64,000 bases of DNA from the IMG/VR virus record IMGVR_UViG_3300025869_000013, positions 4,253 to 68,252 of that record; one strand, 5' to 3'. The notes under the pieces are model-generated. The model saw only the letters and a program-made list of their open reading frames with translations, made no database searches and was not told where the DNA came from. The position numbers and the translations under genes were made by a program. This stretch comes from a virus. Shown piece after piece: positions 17,981 to 27,100 of the stretch (position 1 is its first letter; each line of letters opens with the position of its first letter).

Positions 17981-20695
17981 TTATATTCTTCCGCTAATTC
18001 GTTTTTTTCTTGTACCAAAAGTACCTGCGCTACTATCGTAAACGTTGACCACCACTTTAGATATTGAGTCTGCCGAGGTTTTATTTGTTGTAAAACCGTG
18101 CGCTTTACTTACTGAAACTCTTATTGGTTTCATAAAGGAATCTTCACTGGCTAAATCATTATCTCTAAGTATCAAACCATAGGTTAAAAAGTAATCTCTA
18201 GGTTGCGCTGGTATTGTTAGTGACTTGGTTTGATAAGCCCCAATACATCCAGAGTCAAATTGTACTTGAGCGACCCAACCGTTAGTACCAGTATCAGAAG
18301 AAGGATCCGTAACCACAGTACTACTAGTATCAGCTTTGTACCTACCTTGTTGACCGTATGGCCCAAATTGCGCTTCTAATCTAGGGTAGTCTCCTGTGCC
18401 AATACTCGCCGCCGTGCCATCATACTCTGTTGTTACTTTAAAAGAGGCATCAAGCTTCACTACCGTTCCAGCGTGTATAAATAAAGTATCCGTAACACCT
18501 GACCCATAGGTCTCATCGTCTTGCGTCCAAAATAATCTCCACTCATTTGATTTTTCTTTGAAAACCGCCGTCTCTCCTTGCACTATTATAGGGAACGCGT
18601 CTATACCAAATCTGTTGTTTATAATCCTAACCGTAGAACTGTTGTTACTTTTAGTAGATTCAAACGTGTTGAAACTTGATCCATACTTTCTAAAAGCGTT
18701 GTTAGTATAATTTATACCATTTTGACCATCTCCGTAAATTTTTCTAGTTTGATCCCATAGGTTAGGTGTTAATCGACTATCCATTACAGTTATTAAACCA
18801 AGATCCGAGTCAAAGTAGAATATTTGTCTATACTTGTCCGCGAAAAGCCTTTTAAGAAAAGGGTTCCTAGTGGTACCCCCAAATCTGTAAGCATAGTTTT
18901 GAACTTGAGAATCCATATAGCCTACTCCAAAATCACATTGCGTATCATTTTGCCTAAGAGTATTACCAACCTTTATACCATAATCTTCACTCATTCTAGC
19001 CGTGTAATACGCTATGAAGTTATTAAAAGCATACGTAGCTTCATTGCTAATGTTATGTGAGTTAGCAACCATTGAGATATGTCCAGAGCTTTTTACGGAA
19101 TAGCCTGAGCTCCACCTATAATAACCTTGCCCAGTTCCAACTATTACGCAGTTTCTATCAACATGCCCATATGGGTGTCTAATGCATAGGCTAGGGTAAC
19201 TATCTCCATCTCTCGTAGAATTCGAGCATAAAGAATAAGCTGTTACAGTGCATCCGTCAACATAGTTTTCCCCAGTCTGGCTTATGCCATAACTCGTGTG
19301 AACCGTTGCGTTTGTGTGGCTAGACCCAGTGATGGTTTCCGAGTATCTACCATTATAACCAGCTATATTAACACCAGTTCTAAAATTTGTACTGTCGCCT
19401 GTGTTGTAACCTAGGTTTTTAAACCTAACATACTTAATTTTTACCCTCCTTGTGGGTGCGTTGCTAGAGGTGGGGCTAGTCCAATACTTAACATTAAAAA
19501 ACACTCTAGCTGTGTCTTGATCTCCATCAGCTACTTCATCCCCATTTGCAGCGCAAGCCTTTATAACGATATCTCTAGTTATCCTTATAACATAGCAGCC
19601 TACCACCGAATCATAAACAATATCTCTATTTACGGTTATATCAGTACCATTAATAGCACTTATGGTATACAAAAGATTATGCCTCCAATGGTTGGTTTCA
19701 CTACCACTTGTGTAATTAACAACCGTGTCAGATCTAGATTCTAAAGCTATTTCGTCACCTACGCTGAAGTCAGACGCGCTAGCCACACTTATAACTCTTT
19801 GTGCTTCCGATCCTGTTATAGCCGTAGTAGTTGTTGTAGCAGTTCTTCTAACATATGCATCAACATTGTGATACACATCTAGTCCAGTATCGTACACGGT
19901 AACCCCATCAACCGATCCAGTAACATTACTAGCTAAAGTTATAGTTCCACCAGATATACCAGTAACTGCAAGAGCGTTTCTATTATTACCAGTACCAAAA
20001 ACCAATTTATATCCAACTCTAAATTGTTTTGCCTCATTGATGTCAACCAGTATGGTTGCTCCACTGCTGCTAATTACGGTTGCTGTTGGGCCTGTAAACT
20101 TTCTTACGTATATTCTTTTATTGTCACTGTCTATGTCATGTACTCTAAAGCACTCGTCTGCGTTTCTAGTGTAATGTATCTCTCTCTCGTAAACAGAAAT
20201 TAAATCCCCAGCTGCAAAATTTGTAATACTGTCAACAGTAAGATAAACATCCTCGTAATCGCCAGCCGCGCTTAGCTGTGTGACCAACGTAGGTTCGCCC
20301 CCTTGTATGTCGACTCCACACCACTTCCTTGCGTCAACCTGTATCCCATGCTGAGCGTTGTTGTTTCCAGATATTTTAATTTCAGTACCTCCAACCATAC
20401 TCAGTAAAGAACCTGAAGCCGCTGTTCCTTCCACAAACTCACCTGTAGCTGTAGCGTTATGACTAGTGTTTTTAACAGTCATCCTACCATTCAAGTGCAT
20501 CTTACCACCATCAGCGAAGTGTAAGTTACCATCAATAGTTACATTGTCTGTTATAGCAGCTTGAATATCTGTACTTAGCGTAACCTTATGTCCGTGCGCA
20601 ATTACAACAAGATCGTTGTTAGCTGGAACTGCTCCACCAACCCATGTACCTGTAGCGTGCCAATCACCTGTCTGTGTGCTAGTTATCGTTGCCAT
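17981..20695 (-). CDS. tail spike / beta-helix protein with G8-like N-terminus
   Basis: N-terminal TITSTQTGDWHATGTWVGGAVP...VVIAHGHKVT (G8-like), repeated beta modules (FAAGDLI / FRVGYKL / FSVGDEI). Confidence 0.65.
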   Translation of the reverse strand: MATITSTQTGDWHATGTWVGGAVPANNDLVVIAHGHKVTLSTDIQAAITDNVTIDGNLHFADGGKMHLNGRMTVKNTSHNATATGEFVEGTAASGSLLSMVGGTEIKISGNNNAQHGIQVDARKWCGVDIQGGEPTLVTQLSAAGDYEDVYLTVDSITNFAAGDLISVYEREIHYTRNADECFRVHDIDSDNKRIYVRKFTGPTATVISSSGATILVDINEAKQFRVGYKLVFGTGNNRNALAVTGISGGTITLASNVTGSVDGVTVYDTGLDVYHNVDAYVRRTATTTTTAITGSEAQRVISVASASDFSVGDEIALESRSDTVVNYTSGSETNHWRHNLLYTISAINGTDITVNRDIVYDSVVGCYVIRITRDIVIKACAANGDEVADGDQDTARVFFNVKYWTSPTSSNAPTRRVKIKYVRFKNLGYNTGDSTNFRTGVNIAGYNGRYSETITGSSHTNATVHTSYGISQTGENYVDGCTVTAYSLCSNSTRDGDSYPSLCIRHPYGHVDRNCVIVGTGQGYYRWSSGYSVKSSGHISMVANSHNISNEATYAFNNFIAYYTARMSEDYGIKVGNTLRQNDTQCDFGVGYMDSQVQNYAYRFGGTTRNPFLKRLFADKYRQIFYFDSDLGLITVMDSRLTPNLWDQTRKIYGDGQNGINYTNNAFRKYGSSFNTFESTKSNNSSTVRIINNRFGIDAFPIIVQGETAVFKEKSNEWRLFWTQDDETYGSGVTDTLFIHAGTVVKLDASFKVTTEYDGTAASIGTGDYPRLEAQFGPYGQQGRYKADTSSTVVTDPSSDTGTNGWVAQVQFDSGCIGAYQTKSLTIPAQPRDYFLTYGLILRDNDLASEDSFMKPIRVSVSKAHGFTTNKTSADSISKVVVNVYDSSAGTFGTRKKRISGRI

Positions 20696-20867
20696 CAAAT
20701 TCTATTTCTTCAAATTGAGTCTGGTAAGCTGATACGTTTAAAGGTATTTCAAACTGAAGCTGATCATCAGTATCTACTAATTGAGCGATAGTCGCCTCCA
20801 TAGTCGACTCATCGTCAGTTATAACCAACTGTCTAGTAGATTTATCGTAGTTAATTTTTATTATCAT
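20679..20867 (-). CDS. small acidic hypothetical protein
   Basis: 62-aa ORF between tail genes. Confidence 0.55.
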   Translation of the reverse strand: MIIKINYDKSTRQLVITDDESTMEATIAQLVDTDDQLQFEIPLNVSAYQTQFEEIEFDGNDN

Positions 20868-20887
20868 TATATTAAATTAAATTGCTA

Positions 20888-22258
20888 TTAAGTGTATGCT
20901 ACTGTTGGAGCTACTGTTGCACCTTTAACGCTTGTTATTAAGCAGTTTATATCATTAGGAGGAGCGGTGGCCCCAAATTGTATACTTATAACGGACGTGC
21001 TCGCTGTCGATAGGTTATCCGTGGTTCTATATACGTCGGCATAAACCGTTCGCTCAGTAACGATGTCATACATTTCAACTATCACATCAGCTGTATCTAG
21101 GTTGTGGGTAATAGTAACGATGTGATCATCTGTCAAAGACGAAACATCTATAACACCTATAACTGATTTAGCGGCTAAGGTGTCAGGTGTGACAACCTTG
21201 GCGGTTTCTTCACCAGTCTGAATGTCACCAGCAGAAGCGTAAGCAACTCCAAGAGCTGTTCTTGCGTCAGAAGCACTAGAAGATCCAGTACCACCGTTTG
21301 CTACAGATAAATCTGCGCCATCCCAATGGGCGTTGTTCACCTTAACGTCTGTAGGTAGAGTACCTCCAGCTATTTTTCCTACGGCAATAGCACCATCAGG
21401 TATTGTAAGCGAAGCAGCTTCTAATCCATCAACTTTTAAGTCTTCGTAGTTAGAACCAAGTTTCATCTCAAACTTAGGTCCAGTTGTGCTATAAGTAAAA
21501 GTCGCATCACTACCGTTACCACCTTCTAAAGTAATACCAGCGCCATTTATAACAGCATTAGTAGAATTCCCACTTGAAAGTATTATGTTGTTGTCTTCAA
21601 CCGTAAGATCAGCTGTGTTTAAAGTTGTTGTTGTGCCTGACACAATTAAGTCACCAGTTACAGTTAAATCGTTACCTATAGTAACAACATCATCTGCATC
21701 ACCAATTGTAACAGCGTTAGAACCAAAACCACCAGCTAAAGCTGTTTTTAAGTTTGCTACAGATACGTCATCATTTACATTTGTAATAGCACCTGTTGCC
21801 GCTCCTAAATACCCCCATTGTGTTGCGGATATTGTAGTTGATCCAATGTTCTCTAGTTGAGCGCCTTCAACAGCTGTTAAGTTGGATATTTCAGTAACTT
21901 GAGATGCGGCTATTGTTTTATTTGTTAATGTTTGTGAACCAGATAATGTAGCAACTGTAGCGTCAATTGCTATATCATTAGCGTTAGCCGTTATACCAGT
22001 ACCACCAACAACGTTTAGGGTTAAAGCGCCTGATGTTCCACCACCAGTCATACCATCACCGGCTGTTACCGCTGTTATATCACCCGCACCAGTATTTATA
22101 GCTACCCACTCGTTACTATTCTTAAGATATACCAGCTCATCCGTAGAGTTATAGTATATCTGGCCTTCAACACCAGTGGGCTCATTTGCTAGTTTGTGTA
22201 CAACTACGTTTTGTAATTGATTTGTTGATAAATCAATATTGCTTAAAAATTTAGCCAT
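20888..22258 (-). CDS. tail fibre protein
   Basis: N-terminal MAKFLSNIDL; phage fibre motifs GDITAVTAGDG, QTLTNKTI, LTVTGDLIVSGTTTT, LSVANGGTG..ARTALG; C-terminal ITHNL. Confidence 0.78.
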   Translation of the reverse strand: MAKFLSNIDLSTNQLQNVVVHKLANEPTGVEGQIYYNSTDELVYLKNSNEWVAINTGAGDITAVTAGDGMTGGGTSGALTLNVVGGTGITANANDIAIDATVATLSGSQTLTNKTIAASQVTEISNLTAVEGAQLENIGSTTISATQWGYLGAATGAITNVNDDVSVANLKTALAGGFGSNAVTIGDADDVVTIGNDLTVTGDLIVSGTTTTLNTADLTVEDNNIILSSGNSTNAVINGAGITLEGGNGSDATFTYSTTGPKFEMKLGSNYEDLKVDGLEAASLTIPDGAIAVGKIAGGTLPTDVKVNNAHWDGADLSVANGGTGSSSASDARTALGVAYASAGDIQTGEETAKVVTPDTLAAKSVIGVIDVSSLTDDHIVTITHNLDTADVIVEMYDIVTERTVYADVYRTTDNLSTASTSVISIQFGATAPPNDINCLITSVKGATVAPTVAYT

Positions 22259-22264
22259 TGTGTT

Positions 22265-22621
22265 TTAGTTTAAATATGCTTTCCCATCTACCGCTATAGC
22301 GCTGCTGTTTGAGAAAAAAGTTATTGTTAGTTGGTTTATTGAGTTATACACCACCTCCCCTCTTACTACAGACCCTCCAGTATCTACAACGGTGACAGAA
22401 GGGTATGAGTTTAAACTGTGAGTTATAACCCACGTGTCGGCGGCATTAGCCTTAGTGTATGTAAAAGTACGGTTAGTCCATGTAACCACGCTTCCAGTTG
22501 TAGTAAGCACTTGGCCCACAGTCCCAGCCGCCCCAGTAGAGTCAATGATCTTTTTATCGACAGAGACATCCTCTCTTAAAAGAGTTTTTACGTCATGCAC
22601 ATGAGCTCCAACCCACTTCAT
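22265..22621 (-). CDS. short tail-associated structural protein
   Basis: GTVGQVL and WVITHSLNSYPSVTVVD, a motif common in phage fibre or tail proteins. Confidence 0.6.
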   Translation of the reverse strand: MKWVGAHVHDVKTLLREDVSVDKKIIDSTGAAGTVGQVLTTTGSVVTWTNRTFTYTKANAADTWVITHSLNSYPSVTVVDTGGSVVRGEVVYNSINQLTITFFSNSSAIAVDGKAYLN

Positions 22622-24762
22622 TATTTAATGATCTTTTTAGTGATTACGCGGTTGTTGTACATTATACGTATTGTATATATCCCTGAGGTCCATAGGGACG
22701 CGTTTAAGACATTTGTATTTATTTCTGATATGATAAGACGTCCTGTAGAATCGAACACGTCTAGATCAACGTTTTTGTTTATATTTAACACGTCTCCAAC
22801 TGGATTAGGATAGACTACTAAATCATCTCCAGATAGTATAGCTTCAATACCTGTAGCAGAGCAGTAGTCAAAAGTCTCTTGACATGTATTATCCCACTCC
22901 TCTTCACAGCAATATGGATCAGCTTGAATAACCCAAGCAAAACACATATCGTTGAGCCAATAACCATCGCCATATGGCTCACCTAAACCAGTGACACATC
23001 CTACCGCCTCATACAGACAGACTTCCGGATCAGGCATATTAACCGCCGTATCATAGTTGTAAGCTTCGGGGTCCGCGCATCCTTCCAAGACTTCAATACA
23101 AGAACCGTTGTCAGAGTTAGCCAACGGATCGTAATTAAAGGCATTACTATCAGTACAACCATAAGCGTAAGGAATACAACCACCGTTTTCTGTGTTAGCT
23201 TCTGAATCATAGTTATATTGTGTTGGGTCCATACAGCCAAATATAAACGGTTCGCAATCACCTACATCAGTTGCTAGAACATTATAATTAAATGCTGTTG
23301 GATCCACGCATCCAACTACTTCGAGTTCGTCACAAACACCATCATTGTCTATATCATTATTACAAGCATTATCACAATCATAATACTGCACGGAGAAAAA
23401 ACAACCTTCGTCTACATTAGCTTCATTATTGTAATTACAAGCTAAATTATCCGTACAACCTACAACGGGTAATACGCAGTAGTCAGAACAAACAGGTGTA
23501 CCATTATATATGTAAGGAAACTTTTTCAACGGATCAGTCCAAGGATTAGTACCGCTTTCTAACACTACTCCATTAGGACCTTCAACTCTAAACCCACACT
23601 GAGCCGCTGTTGTTTCAGCGTTGCCACCCGTAAAAAAGTAAACACTTATGTCTTCATTAGAGTTTAAGGTTAAGTTAAACTCCTCTTCATATCCATCATT
23701 AGGACCCATTTGATACGGGCCGTATAGATTGCTACCTTGTTTTAAACCTAACCAACTTCCAAACCAACCGTCTGCTCCTCCGTCTGTGATCACAAGTGAG
23801 TAATCACACGATGCTTCAGTTTCTATAGTATTAGCAGTGGGGTTGTAGTTCAATGCTTCTTCTTGTGTACACCCTAAAACAACCTCAGTTAAGCAACTAT
23901 TGTCATCTATTAAAGCTTCTGGATTATACTCTATGTAATTTGAATCTGTACAGCCTTGAGGTATTATAGGTATGCAAGGTGGGACTATATATGGTCCTGA
24001 AGATGCTGTGTCAAATAGCTCAACGCCACCTATAAAAAGTATGTCTTCACCGCACAAAGTTCTAACATCGAAGTAACCATCTACCCCTCCCCAACAAGTA
24101 CCGCATAATCCGTCCCCGTAAGAGTCGTATACGCTAGCCACTAAAGTATCACCTACTCCAACGCATACGTATGTTGGTGAAGTAACCCCTGTCGTAGTGT
24201 AACCCTCACCCGAAGCCACAACTTCTCCATTAGCTGTTATATCCCAGCTTGTTTCAGACGGGTAGCTATCAGGTGTAATTAAAGCTATAATATTTGTTTG
24301 GCCAGGTCCGCAAGGCATAGGCGGAAACACACACGGTGCTTGATCATTAGCCCATGGATTGAAGTTTAAAGCACCTACGTCCATACACCCAGTTATAGGT
24401 GGCTCGCAATACGGAACTTCAAAAAATGTTGTGGTTGAAGGACCTGCAAACTCATAATCGTATATTTCTAACCCACAAGAGTTAGTTAAAGAATACCAGC
24501 CGTTTCCAAAATCACAACATATACCATCTCCAAAAGAGTCGTATATAACAAAGTTATAATCTCCTGAGTCAAGAGGTACTACAACTTCTTGTAAAGAGTT
24601 ACTAACGTACGGAGGGCTAACCGCTACAATTTCCGCGTCTTCGTATATCTCCCAAGAAGTCTCTCCTCCGTAGTCATCTGTCTGTACAGACACTTTCACC
24701 CAACTATCTTGGCTAAAAATTGTTAACGGTAATAAGAATAATGCTAGTAAAAAACTTCTCAT
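22621..24762 (-). CDS. secreted Cys/Asp-rich repeat protein with a T9SS (Por) type A C-terminal sorting domain
   Basis: Sec signal peptide MRSFLLALFLLPLTIFS|QD; eight GCxDxxAxNY-type repeats; C-terminal VYPNPV..LNI...VFDSTGR...SGIYTIRI....TKKIIK. Confidence 0.88.
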   Translation of the reverse strand: MRSFLLALFLLPLTIFSQDSWVKVSVQTDDYGGETSWEIYEDAEIVAVSPPYVSNSLQEVVVPLDSGDYNFVIYDSFGDGICCDFGNGWYSLTNSCGLEIYDYEFAGPSTTTFFEVPYCEPPITGCMDVGALNFNPWANDQAPCVFPPMPCGPGQTNIIALITPDSYPSETSWDITANGEVVASGEGYTTTGVTSPTYVCVGVGDTLVASVYDSYGDGLCGTCWGGVDGYFDVRTLCGEDILFIGGVELFDTASSGPYIVPPCIPIIPQGCTDSNYIEYNPEALIDDNSCLTEVVLGCTQEEALNYNPTANTIETEASCDYSLVITDGGADGWFGSWLGLKQGSNLYGPYQMGPNDGYEEEFNLTLNSNEDISVYFFTGGNAETTAAQCGFRVEGPNGVVLESGTNPWTDPLKKFPYIYNGTPVCSDYCVLPVVGCTDNLACNYNNEANVDEGCFFSVQYYDCDNACNNDIDNDGVCDELEVVGCVDPTAFNYNVLATDVGDCEPFIFGCMDPTQYNYDSEANTENGGCIPYAYGCTDSNAFNYDPLANSDNGSCIEVLEGCADPEAYNYDTAVNMPDPEVCLYEAVGCVTGLGEPYGDGYWLNDMCFAWVIQADPYCCEEEWDNTCQETFDYCSATGIEAILSGDDLVVYPNPVGDVLNINKNVDLDVFDSTGRLIISEINTNVLNASLWTSGIYTIRIMYNNRVITKKIIK

Positions 24763-24763
24763 G

Positions 24764-25132
24764 TTAAAAATCGCTATAAATTACTTCATCAATAACTGAT
24801 TGAACTTGCTTTCTAGTGGCTTCCAGCTGCATCATAATGTTAGCTTGAAACCTCTCTACTTCTTTCCCGTTGAAAACTATAATAGTAGGTACAACTACTA
24901 TACCGTAATCAGATTGATAAGTACCTTCATCTATGCTAACGTTCATTACATCGCAGTCTGTTAACTCTTCAAGGTAATCTACATTATTGCTCGTGTTCCA
25001 ACTAGCATTAAACTGTACAACGCAAATATCACTACCGCATAGGTTTTGTCCAAAAGCACTGCCGCTTAACAATGCCCCTAGCATAATTAAAGCATACACC
25101 ACTACTGTTCTAAAATTCATTGAATTCTCCAT
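24764..25132 (-). CDS. exported thioredoxin-fold protein lacking the CxxC active site
   Basis: Signal peptide; VVQFNASWN in place of F.A.WCxxC; cis-Pro motif YGIVVVPTIIVF.GKEVERF. Confidence 0.7.
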   Translation of the reverse strand: MENSMNFRTVVVYALIMLGALLSGSAFGQNLCGSDICVVQFNASWNTSNNVDYLEELTDCDVMNVSIDEGTYQSDYGIVVVPTIIVFNGKEVERFQANIMMQLEATRKQVQSVIDEVIYSDF

Positions 25133-25138
25133 TATATT

Positions 25139-25423
25139 TTACTTTAATTCATCAATCTTTCTCTCTATATTATCTAGATCCTTTTTTATTTCCTTAACAT
25201 CCTCTTGAGTACTCATGATAGTCTGACGCACTAACTTGTCTTTCATATCAAACTCCATGCGCGATATCTCTGGTGGCTGAGGCTCAGGTAGTTCCTTAGC
25301 TAAAGCTATGTCAGCTTGTAACGTAAAATACATACCTATTAAAGCAGCTAAACCTGCACCCGCTATTCCGATTGTTTTGAGGTCTAGTGTTACTTTAGTA
25401 TCCTCACCTATTTGTTTTGCCAT
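25139..25423 (-). CDS. single-pass membrane protein with coiled coil
   Basis: Hydrophobic IGIAGAGLAALIGMYFTL; C-terminal heptads VKEIKKDLDNIERKIDEL. Confidence 0.65.
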   Translation of the reverse strand: MAKQIGEDTKVTLDLKTIGIAGAGLAALIGMYFTLQADIALAKELPEPQPPEISRMEFDMKDKLVRQTIMSTQEDVKEIKKDLDNIERKIDELK

Positions 25424-25434
25424 TTTATTTTAAC

Positions 25435-25668
25435 TTACATTTTTACACAGTTGTCCACTGTCTTACCACCTTTCTTTTTTGTTCCTTGTAACTTGTAACC
25501 TTCCCAGCAAGCTTTACCATCTAGTCCTTTTTTCTTTTTCATAGGGCTATCTTCCATCTCATCGATGTGCTTGTTTATTGTTTTAGCTTGTTTACCGTGA
25601 GCAACAACCGCTGAGTTAAGTTGTTTCACAACCTCTTTGAGGTTTTTGTATTTCATTTTAAATGCCAT
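25435..25668 (-). CDS. small basic protein, MAFKM family
   Basis: Starts MAFKMK; SPMKK; C-terminal CWEGY...G.KKKGGKTVDNCVK. Confidence 0.65.
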   Translation of the reverse strand: MAFKMKYKNLKEVVKQLNSAVVAHGKQAKTINKHIDEMEDSPMKKKKGLDGKACWEGYKLQGTKKKGGKTVDNCVKM

Positions 25669-25678
25669 GGCTATTTAT

Positions 25679-26053
25679 TTAACAGTTCCACCTACGTCTA
25701 GCGGCTAAACCTCTTTTACCTTTCCAACCTTTTGATCTTGCGCAAAATGATTTTCTACGTTTTGCTTTCTTGCTATTAGGATCTAATTTTGAAGGCGCGG
25801 TAGTTACAGCTGTTTGTAACTCACTACCTGGATTATTTCTTTTGTATTCATCAACACCTTTCTGAGTCATACCACCACCAGCTGCACCACCTGTTCCAGT
25901 TGGGTTAGCTTTGTTAAAATTTTTACCCGGACCTATAGTTCTGCGTGGGTCAGCTTTTTTCAGCGGCGAATTAAATCCCTTGCCTATGCCTTCAGCTCTA
26001 CGTCTACCACATGATGTTACTGGAAAAGGGTTATTTTTTTGAGTATAAGCCAT
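25679..26053 (-). CDS. basic protein with RRKSFCAR motif (widespread in marine phages)
   Basis: GMTQKG...NPGSELQTAVT...RRKSFCARS...ARRRWNC. Confidence 0.7.
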   Translation of the reverse strand: MAYTQKNNPFPVTSCGRRRAEGIGKGFNSPLKKADPRRTIGPGKNFNKANPTGTGGAAGGGMTQKGVDEYKRNNPGSELQTAVTTAPSKLDPNSKKAKRRKSFCARSKGWKGKRGLAARRRWNC

Positions 26054-26056
26054 ATC

Positions 26057-27100
26057 TTAAAAGATTACATAGTTTACTCCACACTTAAAGTTGTACCACT
26101 CTCTATTCCAGTACTTGTTATACTTACCTTCTAAGAATAATCCTAAGTGTTTATTTAATCTATATCCAAATATCATACCACCCGAGTAATCAAGCCATTG
26201 ACCTCCTACAGAGTTGTGATACATAAACTCGTTACCACTATCCACGTGGTATGGCATAACGTTTCCCCAAGCGTGTAGCCAGAAGTCATCTGTGTAGTGG
26301 TAGAAATCAAACCCAGCAACAACAGAGTGTTGTATTAATTTATTTAACTCACCGCGTTTTCTTTCAGCGTAGTCTGATATAACTTCAGGTATAACAACCG
26401 CTTCCCATACTTCGGTACTTGTAGCAACAAGCTCTCCTTCTGGTGAGAAGTACTCCGCGTTAGGTACGTCTACCGTGTATCCCTCTTGTAAAGCTAAGTA
26501 CGTGTAGTGTATATCGTTGTTATCAAGTAACCATTCATCTAAAGGATTATAGCCATACGGCTCAGAAGCTCGCTGCGCTAAACCTAGGTTAAACGAAAAC
26601 TTTTTTCCTAGTTTCAATCTATATCTTTGTGACGCCTCAAAGTAAGATATGTCTGCAAAGCCGTCTTGTAAGTACTCTCCTTTAACAATATAATTATCTC
26701 CTACATATCTTAAGAAATGGTTTTGATCAAGAAACTCTTGACCCATTTGTCTTTTGTATTTAACCTCAGCTAGAAACTCTAAGCCGTTACGCTTACCTAT
26801 ATTAGCTCCGTCTGACCAAGACTCTTCAGTTCCGTCATAAAAAACATTAGCTCTATTTTCATAACCAAATCTAGCTATCTTGCGAATACCCATTGTTAGA
26901 CTGTAGTCATAAGGAGTCTCTATGTCAGTAGAGTTTAATCCATCACCTACAGACCATACTGTTTGATCAGCAATAGAGTTACCTCCGTTTACAGCCGAAT
27001 AAAAAGTAGCGAACTTAAAAGCTTTTTTAAACCCTTGAGCGTGAACACAGCTATATGATAACAGCAGGGTAATTAATAAAGTTAGTCGTGATAGTAACAT
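26057..27100 (-). CDS. putative outer-membrane beta-barrel protein
   Basis: Signal peptide (..SCVHA|Q); many aromatic amphipathic strands; C-terminal strand YNFKCGVNYVIF ending in Phe, like a BAM beta-signal. Confidence 0.7.
   Translation of the reverse strand: MLLSRLTLLITLLLSYSCVHAQGFKKAFKFATFYSAVNGGNSIADQTVWSVGDGLNSTDIETPYDYSLTMGIRKIARFGYENRANVFYDGTEESWSDGANIGKRNGLEFLAEVKYKRQMGQEFLDQNHFLRYVGDNYIVKGEYLQDGFADISYFEASQRYRLKLGKKFSFNLGLAQRASEPYGYNPLDEWLLDNNDIHYTYLALQEGYTVDVPNAEYFSPEGELVATSTEVWEAVVIPEVISDYAERKRGELNKLIQHSVVAGFDFYHYTDDFWLHAWGNVMPYHVDSGNEFMYHNSVGGQWLDYSGGMIFGYRLNKHLGLFLEGKYNKYWNREWYNFKCGVNYVIF

Noticed and set aside
14041-22258. Diversity-generating retroelement acting on tail fibres
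   Set aside because: No reverse transcriptase ORF, and no template/variable repeat pair differing at adenines was noticed
25441-26087. Extra promoter-like matches (TAAGA-N12-GTGTAAAAAT at ~25439-25465, TAAGT-N12-ATGTAATCTT at 26061-26087; also TAAGC-N12-GTGTAGCAAA at ~62695-62721)
   Set aside because: Two or more mismatches to the consensus; such partial matches are expected by chance in AT-rich DNA
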